Positions 45,825 to 58,900 of a stretch of 64,000 bases of DNA are shown piece by piece. The notes below the pieces were generated by a model. It did no database searches. It had not been told where the DNA came from and was given only the letters and a program-made list of their open reading frames with translations. The translations under genes were made by a program, and so were the position numbers. This stretch comes from Macrostomum lignano (Eukaryota), in contig NIVC01001007.1 of the NCBI GenBank assembly GCA_002269645.1, positions 248,001 through 312,000 on the forward strand. The letters are read 5' to 3'. Position 1 is the stretch's first letter, and each line of letters starts with the position of its first letter.

Positions 45825-48628
45825 TCAGTAAGACCCAGGCACTTGTAGCAGATTTTGAACCGGGGATTTGTGACCTCGCAGTGCCGATGCTGCAGCCAGA
45901 GTTGATTGACCGACAATGCCGACTGCATCTGTCATTGAATCTGAGGCTCCATTACTGGCTGGTTCCTCTGTGCCTGCAGTGTCGATCACAATGCTTGGCG
46001 TGCTGATACTGTGCGTTAGACTAGGCACTCTGTTTTTGCCAGACGCAACTGATGTTGACTGTGCTGCCGATGCAGTTATATTGGGTACTTTCAGTGCAGT
46101 GACAGTCGTAGTTGATCCTGCAGCAGAAGCTGCTGCATCAACTGGTCCTGGATTGTAGTAGGCATTGTGTACCCGATTGCGCAACTGGCTCGTGTAGGGA
46201 TCGTCGCCACAGATGCGCCCGCCACCTTCATTGCTTGCTGGCGTTGCTTTCGACTGTAAGCTGCCACCGTTTGTTGCAGTATTAGTACTTTTAATTGCAT
46301 TGGAGTCATCGTTTCCAACACTGCCATTCGATTCCGTGTTACCTTTATTACCGGCTGCAGCTGCTGCAGCGATGGCTGTAACCGTCGAGCCGCGTCTTCC
46401 ACCACCTGCTGCCGCGCCTAGGAAGCTGAATCTCTGCTCAGAGACAGTTTTAATCAAGCGGCCAGCTTTTGCCCTGCCAAAGCCAACTTTGTGAAATCGC
46501 TTCGTCGGATGTTGTTGTTGCTGCTGCTGCTGCTGTGTCGCACTCGTTCCGTCCTCGCCTTTAGGTACTGATTCGCTGCTAGTGGCATTAGTTTTTTGCT
46601 GGTCTCGCGTCTCAGTGTTAACTACAGCCTGAGTATTCAGATCCTGTCTAGAAGGGGCTCTTTGCTCCAACTTCGGTGTGGTTGTCGTTGCATTGACAGG
46701 CGGTGTTGTTGTAGTACCGGTTGTCGAGTTGTTTGATGTTGCTCTAGCACTGGGCCATCTGTGTGGAAACATTAGGCCAGTATGGCTACTTTTTCTACGC
46801 CCGATACCCGAAGTTAGCTGCGATGCAGTTGCTATAGCTGTCTGCTGATGTTGGTGACTGTGATGCTGTTGTTGTTTTGTCGTCGTCGCTGCATCCGTTG
46901 TTGATCCTGTTGCTGCTACACCTAGCTGCAATACTGACGACTTTCGACGCGTCAGCGGCCGTTCAAGGCGCTCTGTTGCCGGCTTTTTAGCTTTGATACG
47001 CAACAACAGCTGCTGTTGCGATGCTTGCATCTGTTGGGCAGTTTGCTGCTGCTGATAACCGCCGCTACTGTTGCTGCCATTTGGTGAAGGCGATCGGGAA
47101 CGCAGCGACGTTCTTCTAAATTGATTGCGCTGACGTAGTCTTGATTGTGAAGCTTTCGAGTCTTCATCCGAGACGTCTTCATTAACTGTTTGCATAGCTT
47201 CTTTGCCTGCCGATTGGGGTCTTAGTAGAAGCAGTTGGCGCATCTTTTCGTCTAATTCGTCCAGAGTTATCCATTGCTCATCACCGGGCCGATTGCCGAA
47301 CAGGCTGTTAGCAATGCGTTCTCGCTGCCACTTGGGCCAGTGCCGCGACTGTGGCAGCTGGATTTGCACGTCAATTAGCATTGTCGGTACTGGCGCTGCA
47401 GCTGTCTTTTTTCGTCCACTACCACCGGTGCCTGAGCCCTGGCTGCGAATGCTGGCCTGCGAGCTGCGTCGACTACCTGGAGTGCTGCCACCGCCGCCAC
47501 TTCCGTTGAAGTTTAATCCGACGCCGCTGCTGTTAGAAGCTCGTCGCGATCCTGCATTGCTGCCGCTGCCGCCGCTACCGTTTCGTCGGCCTTGCACTGC
47601 GCTTTTTGGCAGATATGGCGCACCAATGCCAACGCCGTTTCTTCCGAACGCGCCCGCTCCGCCGCTGTAGTAGCACAGGTTAGTCGCTTTTCCAGCTCCT
47701 CCACCTCCTCCTCTGGCTGCTCCAGATAGTGGCCGACCATTGCTACCAAGCCGGTTGAAGCGTTGTCCTACGCTGCCGCCGCCTCCGTTTTCACCGTTGG
47801 CCATGCCTCCGCTATTGGATGAAGCATTCTGGAATGTTGAATTTATAACTAGACTCTAATAGTGGCTATTAAGAATATTCATACATATGGTATGTACGAG
47901 CGATATAGCGAATGGCGGGATAGATAACACATCTTTCTCACATTAATGTTCTCATGTCCGATTATTTGTGGGATTCTTGCTCTCGATGTACTGTGAATCT
48001 CTTTGGCACGGAGTAGAGTGTAGCTGTAACTACCTGACTGTCGATAAAAATCTTTAGGGAAAACTTATGTGTACACTTTAGAGTGTACGTATGCTGAGCT
48101 CAGAAGCTTGAGAGACAACCAAAAAGATCGACTGAATCAGAGGGTTTGTGTGGCACTTATCGATTGATATGGAAAAACGCGCATGTTAATTTTGCGCTAG
48201 GCCGCTGGCTGAGTATTTTCAATTTATATCCTGATATTTACCTGCTGATTTCTCAATCGAAATGGCAACAGCGGTGCTATTCGCTGCGACCGTCGTCTGG
48301 GCCCAGCTACGCCTAGTAGTCCGCTTCCGCCGCATCCGTTGGCTAATCCGCTGTTTAAAAAGTTATTACCACCAACTGTGCTTCGAAGTGTGCTAGCAAT
48401 TGTGGGCTTTTCTACTCCAACTGGCACGGCTGCCACTTGATCTGCACCAGACAAGCGCCGTTTGGCAGTCAGAGGTCTTGGTAGATCTAGTCTGTGTTGT
48501 TGATGTTGTTGCAGTTGCTGCTGATGCTGGTGTCGGTTTGAGTCACCGCTGCTTAAGCGACTGAGTAGCTTTACTCGACCAGCTCTGTTATTGGCGTGGT
48601 TTTCCGCTGTCATTTTGCTGGAAAGCAT
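45825..48628 (-). CDS. Hypothetical ~796-aa low-complexity (G/S/Q/T/A-rich) protein, two exons
   Basis: Exon 1 is 48628-48242 (donor CAG|GTAAAT, phase 0). Exon 2 is 47828-45825 (acceptor ACATTCCAG|AAT), in frame with the 659-aa ORF. A 2-kb non-repetitive ORF sits in exon-like composition. No recognised domain. Confidence 0.72.
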
Positions 48629-50103
48629 AGGGATTTGACGTAATTAAACGTGGTCTAGATTGATATGTCTCTCTCTCTCTCTCTCTCTCTCTGAATTGTC
48701 ATTCTTGCCCTTTCGCGTGTTACATTCCGAGATTTTTACTAGTAGATTTACTTGTGGGCTACTTATGCGTCTTACCTTTTTGCTTCAGCTTGTCACCGGG
48801 ACTTTTCCGTTGCTATAGATTCCTTAGTTAGTTACGAAATTTTATATCAACTCCAATTGCAAAGTAACTCAAAAGCTGTCGTCTTGACTGCTTGGCTATC
48901 TGTTATTTATCTAGTAGTTGCTCATCCAATTGATCGTTAAAAGCCGCCTCATCCGCCTGATGCACAAAACGCATCCCTTCACCTTGGAAACCGCAATTGT
49001 AATGGCTTAAAACTTTTTTTTCGCACACAGAATCACTATTGGACAATCTAGATTGGCTGGCCTTGATTGGGGGTTGCTAAAAAATGTATTGCAATCCTTG
49101 CTAAGAGAAGAAGTGTAACAACACACCGCGCAGCAGTTTTCTTTAGGGCTGTAAGGGAAGCGACACACTCGCTGCACGGAAGCGTTATGCGTGTTGTACG
49201 CGCGATGGCGCTGCTCACTTGGCGGCTTGCCTGGAAGTCGTAAAAAGAGTCGACTCACCCCCACTTGCGCCAGCGTCAACACGGGAGGGAGAGGATCAAA
49301 TCTGGGAGTGCTAGCTAAGAGCAGGGCCGATGCTGTTGCCAAAAACTCACGAAATCACTTCCTGCTAGCTGCCTAGGGAGGAGGGAAAAACCCATGAAAG
49401 AAATGGGTCAGAGATGCCCAACCGACCCATCCCTTATCCAGTGCCTAGCTTTGTGATAGAGAAGAAGCTTTCTTGATCACAATTGCATTGGTTACTACTT
49501 GGTGCGACATGGATTAGCTTAACAATGCAAACTTTGGCAAGTCTACGAGAATAGAAGAAGCGTTGTTAAAAGAGGGAAATAGAAACGGTACGGATGCACC
49601 ATGGTTATATTTTTAATAGTGCTCTAACCAATGCGTGCTTTTTATTTCCTAAACAGACATAGAGTTCTTAAAGCTGTCGTCAGTCTCAGAATTGCCTATC
49701 GTCATAATTTTCCATAGTCAACTCTTAATTAGTTTTCCTCTACATGTATAGCCCAGTTAGTGTGGACGCAATCTTGGTTTTTAAAGATATTTTGTACCAA
49801 CGTTATACTAGTAGCCTTCTTGTACATTTGATAATTGATAACTGATAATTGGTCATGACAGTGTGAAAAAGCTCGAAAAACATAAAGCTCCGTAAATTTG
49901 GGGTGTAGGAAATCAGAATTGCTTTGTTGTAGGATGGTAGTCTTGAAAAAGCAGATCGACAAACACCAAGATTTGAAATCATCGACACCCGTATCTACTG
50001 GCAACAAATGGATGTGTCGCTATTGGACAAGAAATGTTTTTCATGTGACTGCTTCACTTATGAATAACTTATGACCCCCCCCGATCGTTCGCATCCATGA
50101 TAG

Positions 50104-50376
50104 TAATAAAAAATAATGGATTGCACCCGCCCTATTGGTCAGATGTGCAAACGACAACTCAGCCGCAGCTATATTTGCGCGCCGCATCCGAAGGCTGCGT
50201 ACGGCTGTTTAGTCCAAGAACTGGGGGGGGGTCGCCACAAGCACACACTATTACCCGAGCTAATGCTAGTATCATTTTACAGCTGGGTGAACTGGGTCGA
50301 TGTTCCGATTGGGTCGAGAATCGAACTTCCGACCTTTCAGTCGTGAGTCAGACGCTCTAAGCACTAGACTAAAACC
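50104..50376 (-). mobile_element. Second tRNA-derived SINE family copy
   Basis: Minus strand head is TAGTCTAGTG...GTTCGATTC (A/B boxes), followed by TTCACCCAGCTGTAAAATG and a TTATT-type tail. Only a degenerate TSD is visible (ATGAT(A/G)GT). Confidence 0.6.
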
Positions 50377-50641
50377 TATGATGGTTAATGATAATAGCTC
50401 AGAGGGAAAGCCAAATGCTGTATTTGATTCAAAGAATGCTTGAAAGTGGAATTATATACTGAAAATTACTTGTCCTAAATTTTCCCGGGAAGTGCTTTTA
50501 AAGCATTAAATATCTACTGTTATCTTTAATGGCTTCGATTTTAAATGTACTCTAATAACTATGCAATGTTTTTATGCCGCAGTTGGAGCCATCGCGAACA
50601 ATAAACAATTTGAACTATTAAGATCAGTAAATTAATTAAGA

Positions 50642-51532
50642 ATGACACAAAAACCTTGGAGCCAAGATCAGGCAGCTGCCCGAGCTCTATTCGATGAGCT
50701 GAAATGTCATGGCGACTGGCGCCCGCCAGCTCACGGTTGGCTGGCCACATTTAGTCGCGAGTTCGAGCCCTGCGTACCGTTCCACCGACCTCGCTGGCAT
50801 CAGTTATTAGACTTATTAGGCCCGTCATTGCGCTACTTGTTTCGTTTCTATTTGCGCAAACGTTTCATAGAAAAGAAACGACCGTTTATTGACGGTTTAG
50901 TACACGTGCCCACGAGCCAGTTTACGGGGTGCCTCTTGGCGGCCTAGGCTGCGGCAGTATTGGTCGAGGATTTCGGGGCGAATTTCGTCGCTTTCAATTA
51001 GTTCCGGGTTTGTACGAATACGCCCAGCCGGAAGCTGACTGTTTTATTGTTAATCTGCGCAGGCGAGGCGGCACCGTTTTCCAGCGGGCTTTGGTATTTA
51101 GAAATTTTCGTAAACCAGCCCTAGCTGGCTGGGCTAGCGGCTTGCCAGAGGAGTCGTGCGCCTATTTGGGTCTGTATCCGCAGTCTTGGACTGTCTACCG
51201 GCTGCCTTATCGGGGAGTAAAGCTGCTCTGCAGACAGACTAGCCCTATTGTGCCGCACGACTACAAGGTGAAGATATGTGGCAATAATATTATTATTAGT
51301 CCCGTCACAATGATAGGCAGACACAGACAGGAAATCACTATGATTCTGTCATTTAGAGAAGGCAGACAGACAAGCAGGCAGACAATGTCTATCTATCTGT
51401 CTATTTATTTAACCCTTAACTGTTCCTTTCTGTCTGTCCGTTCATCCATCCCTTGACTGACTGTCTCTGTCTTAGTAACGTTCTAGTGACACTGTCTGTC
51501 TGTCTGTCTGTGTGTGTGTCTGTGTCTGTCTT

Positions 51533-51613
<81 letters not shown>

Positions 51614-51614
51614 G

Positions 51615-51645
<31 letters not shown>

Positions 51646-51676
51646 GTGTGTATGTCTGTCTGTCTGTGTCTGTCTT

Positions 51677-51723
<47 letters not shown>

Positions 51724-51734
51724 GCCTGCCTGCC

Positions 51735-51765
<31 letters not shown>

Positions 51766-51772
51766 GTGTCTG

Positions 51773-51829
<57 letters not shown>

Positions 51830-54800
51830 GGCTGTCTGTCTGTCTGTGTCTGTCTTAGTGTCTGTCTGTCTTATTGTCTGTCTGTCTGGCTGTCTGTGTA
51901 TGTCTGTCTGTCTGGCTGTCTGTATGTCTGTCTGTCTGTGTCTTTCTTAGTGTCTGTCTATCTGTCTTTCTGTCTGTCTATCTGTGTATGTCTGTCTGTC
52001 CTTTGTCCCTGTCAATCTTTCCCAATAAATCCCACAGGACTCCTGCCTGCCGGTAGCCCTGTTTGAATGGCGAGTGGAAAATGCCACTGACGAAGAGCTG
52101 GAGGTCAGCCTGACTTTCTGCTTCAAAAACGGCAACGGAACTTCGGCTGACGCCGCGGGCGGGGCCTCAGTTGAGCCGTTCGCCTCCACTGGGAATGACG
52201 ACGGCCAGCCGGGCGCAGTTGGCGGCCTGATCCACCAGCAGATCAACGGGATGGCCTGCACCTACGGAGTTGCCGCTATGCCCGGCGATAATGTAATTTG
52301 GCTTGCTCAGCCACGATGCATGTACCGTCACGGGAAAATTTCTGATCGAACAGTGCAAGTTCGAACAAAATCGGTCCAGCCATTTTTTCTCTAATCTATC
52401 ACATATATATATATATCGACATCACATTTTTAGTATATAGGAATTCCTTTCTCAAATCCCAATTTCAAGATATCTGGTGTCTATCTGCCAATTCCAAATC
52501 CCAATTTCAAGATATCTGGTGTCTATCTGCCAATTCCAAATCCCAATTTCAAGATATCTGGTGTCTATCTGCCAATTCCAAATCCCAATTTCAAGATATC
52601 TGGTGTCTATCGGCCAATTCCAAATCCCAATTTCAAGATTTCTGGTGTCTATCGGCCAATTCCAAATCCCAATTTCAAGATTTCCGGTGTCTATCGGCCA
52701 ATTCCAAATCCCAATTTCAAGATTTCTGGTGTCTATCGGCCAATTCCAAATCCCAATTTCAAGATTTCCGGTGTCTATCGGCCAATTCCAAATCCCAATT
52801 TCAAGATTTCTGGTGTCTATCCGCCAATTCCAAATCCCAATTTCAAGATTTCCGGTGTCTATCTGCCAATTCCAAATCCCAATTTCAAGATTTCCGGTGT
52901 CTATCTGCCAATTCCAAATCCTAATTTCAAGATTTCCGGTGTCTATCGGCCAATTCCAAATCCCAATTTCAAGATATCTGGTGTCTATCTGCCAATTCCA
53001 AATCCCAATTTCAAGATTTCTGGTGTCTATCTTCCAATTCCAAATCCCAATTTCAAGATATCTGGGTCTATCGGCCAATTCCAAATCCCAATTTCAAGAT
53101 TTCTGGTGTCTATCGGCCAATTCCAAATCCCAATTTCAAGATTTCCGGTGTCTATCTGCCAATTCCAAATCCCAATTTCAAGATTTCCGGTGTCTATCTG
53201 CCAATTCCAAATCCCAATTTCAAGATTTCCGGTGTCTATCGGCCAATTCCAAATCCCAATTTCAAGATATCTGGTGTCTATCTGCCAATTCCAAATCCTA
53301 ATTTCAAGATTTCTGGTGTCTATCTGCCAATTCCAAATCCCAATTTCAAGATATCTGGTGTCTATCGGCCAATTCCAAATCCCAATTTCAAGATTTCTGG
53401 TGTCTATCGGCCAATTCCAAATCCCAATTTCAAGATTTCCGGTGTCTATCTGCCAATTCCAAATCCCAATTTCAAGATTTCCGGTGTCTATCTGCCAATT
53501 CCAAATCCCAATTTCAAGATATCTGGTGTCTATCGGCCAATCTCCAAATCCCAATTTCAAGATATCTGGTGTCTATCTGCCAATTCCAAATCCTAATTTC
53601 AAGATTTCTGGTGTCTATCTTCCAATTCCAAATCCCAATTTCAAGATTTCGGTGTCTATCTCTAAATCCTTTCGGTGTCTCGAATCCCAAATCCCAATTC
53701 AAGTTCTATCTGCCAATTCCAAATCCTTCAAGGCTATCTGCCAATTCTCCCAAATCCCAATATCTCTAATGCCTTTCGGCTAAATCCCAAATCCAATTCC
53801 AAGTTCTATAATGCCTTTGGCCAGTCTCAAATCCCATATTCCAAATCCAAATTCCAGGATCTCTAATGCCTACCTGCCAATCTCAAATCCTACTCTTAAA
53901 TCCCATTTCTGAAATCCTTTATCGTGTTTTGAGTAAAGTCATCTTTCAATCATAATCAATTGGGTTCACAGTAATAAAATGTCTTGCTAACTACTTTTCC
54001 ATGTTACTTTAAGTAGCATAATACGCATATGTGAATTCCTTTACCTGAACTGCAGTCATCCGTAACCATCTGGCCTCGCTTCGACCCGTCAACGAATCCC
54101 AGCTTAGCGAATCGGCTTTGGTCGTCTCTGATCAACACTGGCCGCCTAATTAAATGGCCACCAACGGCTGCTTCATCGGAGTCTGAGGCTAAATTATTCG
54201 CCGGAACTGCCACCAAGTCTGGCGAGGAGGTTGCCACTGCCGTGTGCGTTTCTAGTCGAGTGCCGGCTCGATCTTCGGTGGATTCCGCTAAATTCTGTCT
54301 GGCCTGGCATCTGCCCAATGTTCGGTTCCGCTCCGGGGAGCAGCTGTACACTCGGTGAGGGTTCTCGTTGCTTGATATTGAAGTTCATGGATATCATGGA
54401 TACATGCCAAGTCATGGATATCTGAAATACTCCTCACCAACCCCACATTTTTCCATAAGTTACACATTTTATCCCAAATCCGAGATCCCAATTTCGGATC
54501 TTCAGTCTTAGATCCCCAATCCCAGATCCCCACTCCCAGATCCCCAATCCCAGATCCCTAATCCTAGATTCCCAATCCCAGATTCTTAATCCCAGATCCC
54601 CAATCCCAGATCCCCAATCCCAGATTCCTAATCCCAGATCCCCAATCCCAGATCCCCAATCCCAGATCCCCAATCCCAGATCCCATATCCCAGATCCCCA
54701 ATCCCAGATCCCGAATCCCAGATCCCCAATCCCAGATCCCCACTCCTAGATCCCCAATCCCAGATCCCCACTCCTAGATCCCCAATCCCAGATCCCCAAT

Positions 54801-55621
54801 CCCAGATATCCAATCCAAGGTCCCTAAACCCAGATCCCCAATCACAGAGTCCGAACTCCCCAGATCCCCAATCCCAGATCCCCAATCCCAGATCCCCAAT
54901 CCCAGATCCCCAATAGGTCCCTAATCCCAGATCCAAAATCTAGGACCTCTAATCTCAGATCTCAAATCGCAAATTCCAATTCCTAAATCCCGGATCCCAA
55001 ACACCAGATCGCAAATTCCGAAGGACTAGGTGAATATCCTCAAAATTCTCAAATTCCATGCCTGCGCAAATCCCTGTGCAAATCCCAATATAATGGAAAG
55101 TCAGCTAAAAATGTTTTCTATATTGCCCTAAATTAATACAGCAAATGCCTGAAACCCAATTTCAAGGCGTCACACTCGCTGGTTCAACGGCAGCCAATCA
55201 GAGGCCACCATAGCTCTGATTCGTTACTCATTCAATCGCCTACCAAATTGGCTCGAATCGATTAGCAATTGGCACAATAGCGTGCTGAATGATTCCCGCC
55301 TGCCCGATTGGTTCAAATCGGCCGTGTTTAATGAGAGCTATTACCTCAGCGATTCCGGCAGCATCTGGCTAGACGGAGGCGACACCAACGACTGGCACAG
55401 TCAGGATGGCCGATGGCGCTGCCCTGTGAAAGCCGAAATGGGCCTGTTTGCCTACTTGGAGGGTCACGAGTATCGCATGTTTTCCACTTACGACGTGCAC
55501 ACCTACGCTTCCTGGGCGTTTTTGGAGAATTTCCCCAAATTGCAGATCGCTATCCAGTACGATTTTGGTAAGTATTCTGTTTTATAGTAAGTTAGTTAGT
55601 TAGTCAGTCAGTTAGTTAGTC

Positions 55622-55656
<35 letters not shown>

Positions 55657-55733
55657 CAGTTAGTCAGTCAGTCAGTCAGTTAGTTAGTTAGTCAGTTAGT
55701 TAGTTAGTCAGTTAGTTAGTCAGTCAGTTAGTC

Positions 55734-55764
<31 letters not shown>

Positions 55765-55849
55765 CAGTTAGTCAGTCAGTCAGTTAGTCAGTTAGTTAGT
55801 TAGTCAGTTAGTTAGTCAGTCAGTCAGTTAGTTAGTTAGTCAGTTAGTC

Positions 55850-55880
<31 letters not shown>

Positions 55881-55901
55881 CAGTCAGTCAGTTAGTTAGT
55901 C

Positions 55902-55940
<39 letters not shown>

Positions 55941-58900
55941 GAGTTAGTCAGTTAGTTGTGAGTTAATTATTATATTAAAGCAGTATAAAGCTTAAATACG
56001 AGTATTATTGAGCGGTTTCGACTTGCTTAAAACGGTTCTTTTTGTAACACTTCATTTCAGCCAAAGCGGCGGTGGATGAAGACCAGACCAAAGTGCACTG
56101 GCTGGTTACTAATGTTCGAACCGGACGGAATCAGCGCATGTGTCTGCCTCACGATTTAGGCGATCCAGGTTGGGACCATTTTTTCTATGGTCCCAGCTTA
56201 GCGGGATTTTATTCCCAAATCCCCAGTCTAGAATCCCAAATCCACAGTATAAAATCCCAAATCCCTATTCTAGAATCCCAAATCCCCAATTCAAGCATCC
56301 CAAATCCCTATTCTAGAATACCATATCCCTGTTATAGAATCCTAAATCCCTGTTCTAGAATCCCAAATCCCCATTCTAGAATCCTAAATCCCCAATCTAG
56401 CATCGCAAATCCCCATTCTAGCATCCCAAATTCCTATTCTAAAATTCCAATCCCAATTCTAGAATCCCAAAACCCCATTCTCGAATCAGATCCCAAAACC
56501 CCATTCTCGAATCAGATCCCAAAACCCCATTCTCGAATCAGATCCCAAATTATCATCCTAGAATCGCAAATCCCCATTCTAGAATCCTAAATCCCCATTC
56601 TAGAGTATTAAATCCCCATTCTAGCATCCCAAATCCCCATTCTAGCATCCCAAATCCCTATTCTAAAATCCCAATCCCAATTCTAGAATCCCAAAACCCC
56701 ATTCTCGAATCAGATTCCAAATCATCATTCTAGAATCAGATCCCAAATAATCATTCTAGAATCAGATCCCAAATCATCATTCTAGAATCCCAAATCCCAA
56801 TTCTAGAATCCAAATCTCCATTCTAGAATCACAGATCCCCATTCTAGAATCAAAAATCCCCACTCTAGAATCACAAATCCTCGTTCGAATCCCAAATCCC
56901 TGTTCTGGAATCCCAAATCCCCATTGTCATTTATTCCGCATATTGGAATAAATTCCCCATTGTCATTTATTCCAACCCTGCGTGCAGAGGACGAGCCATT
57001 CATCCGAGTCAACAGCTACATCATGATGTGCAGCGACGATTGGCGCGATTTGAATCCCAAATTTGTACTTAGCGTCTACCGGGATTGGAAGCTTCTGCCC
57101 GAGCACAATACCGAGTATTTGGCCGATATGATGCCCATTGTTGAGGGCCTGATGCGACGCTGCCTACAGTGGGACACTGACAATGATGGATTGGTTGAGA
57201 ATACCGGTAAGTGATCAAGACTAAGACCCAGAGTTACCTGGGTAAACAGCAGGAGTAACTATACTCCCATTTATATAGGTAGATTCCTCGCCATCTTCCT
57301 TGTAACCCATCCTGAATGAGCATATCCGAACTCTGTAATCACAATCCCATCCAAATCCTTATTCTCATGCTCAAGCACAACTTCTAAAACTTGCCCTAAA
57401 ATCCCTTAAATCCCCCATCACAGAATCCTAGAATCTTTAAAATCGCAGAATTTTACCCTGAAATCCAACAATCCCACCCTAAAATCTCAGGATCTCACCG
57501 TTAGCATCTCAGAATCACGCCCTAGGATCTCAGAATCTTAACCTACAATCCCAGAATCATCTCACCCAAGAATCCCAGAATCTCACCCCAGAATCCCAGA
57601 ATATCACCCTAAAATCCAAGAATAATCTCACCCTAGAATCCCAGAATCTCACCCTAGAATCTCAGAATCTCACCCTAGAATCCCAGAATCTCACTCTAGA
57701 ATCTCAGTATCTCACCCTAGAATCCCAGAATCTCACCCTATAATCTCAGAATCTCACCCTAGAATCCCAGAATCTCACCCTAGAATCTCAGAATCTCACC
57801 CTAGAATCCCAGAATCTCACCCTAGAATCTCAGAATCTCACCCTAGAATCCCAGAATCTCACCCTATAATCTCAGAATCGCACCCTAGAATCTCTCACCC
57901 TAGAATCCCAGAATTCCAGAATCTCACCCTAGAATCTCAGAATCTCACCATATAATCTCAGAATCTCACCCTAGAATCCCAGAATCAATTTCTCCTTTCT
58001 TACAAATCAAGCATGTATGAGATTCAATCTACCCCCATCAAGGCTACGCTGATCAGACCTACGACGCCTGGCCAATGACGGGCGTGTCGGCCTACTGCGC
58101 CGGCCTCTGGTTGGCCGCCCTGCGAGCCACTGCCGAAATGTCAGCTGTCGCCTCGGCGGACAGAGCCAGCGCCAACGAATGGCGCCTATTAGCGGATAAA
58201 GCTCGGGCCAGCTACCTGGATAAGCTGTGGACTGGCCAGCAGTTCCGCTTCGATACTGGCGGCCGATTTAACGACACGGTCATGTCCGACCAGCTGTTTG
58301 GCTATTGGATGCTTAAAACTTCCCAGCAAGATCAGGCTGCCACAGTTGGCGAGCAAGATCCGCTACTGCCGGAACAGTTTGTCCGGGTTACTATGGAAAC
58401 TGTCTACAGGTGCAACTGTCTGGCTCAGGTGATGCTTTGAATTGACTGGATTCATTTAAGTATTTGCTGCGCATGTTTTTATAATCTCTGCCATATCCCC
58501 TCCCTTCTTCACCTCTCCCCTCCGCCCTCTCCCTCCGCCCTCTCCCTTCTCCGCCCTCTCCCTTCTCCGCCTTCTCCCCTCTCCGCCCTCTCCCCTCTCC
58601 GCCCTCACCCCTCTCCGCCCTCTTCCCGATCTCCGCCCTCTCCCCTCTCCGCCCTCTCCCTTCTCCGCTCTCTCCCTCCGCTCTCTCCCCTCTCCACCCT
58701 CTCCCCTCTCCGCCCTCTCCTTTCTCCGCCCTCTCCCTTTTCCACCCTCTCCCCTCCGCCCTCTCCCCTCTCCGCCCTCTCCCCTCTCCACCCTCTCCCC
58801 ATATTCCTCCGCCCCTCGCCCCCCATCTTTTCTTCTCTCTGTCCGCCCCTCACGTGAGTGACAACTGGAGTCCTAGAATACCTCAAAGTTCCAGATCCAC

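Noticed and set aside
52452-53866. 14-aa repeat ORFs (LEIGIWNWQIDTRN / SICQFQIPISRFLV)
   Set aside because: The 42-bp unit is a multiple of 3 and stop-free in some frames; it lies in GBA2 intron 2.
54480-54960. Interstitial telomeric repeat
   Set aside because: Units are CCCAAT/CCCAGAT variants; true CCCTAA occurs only sporadically.
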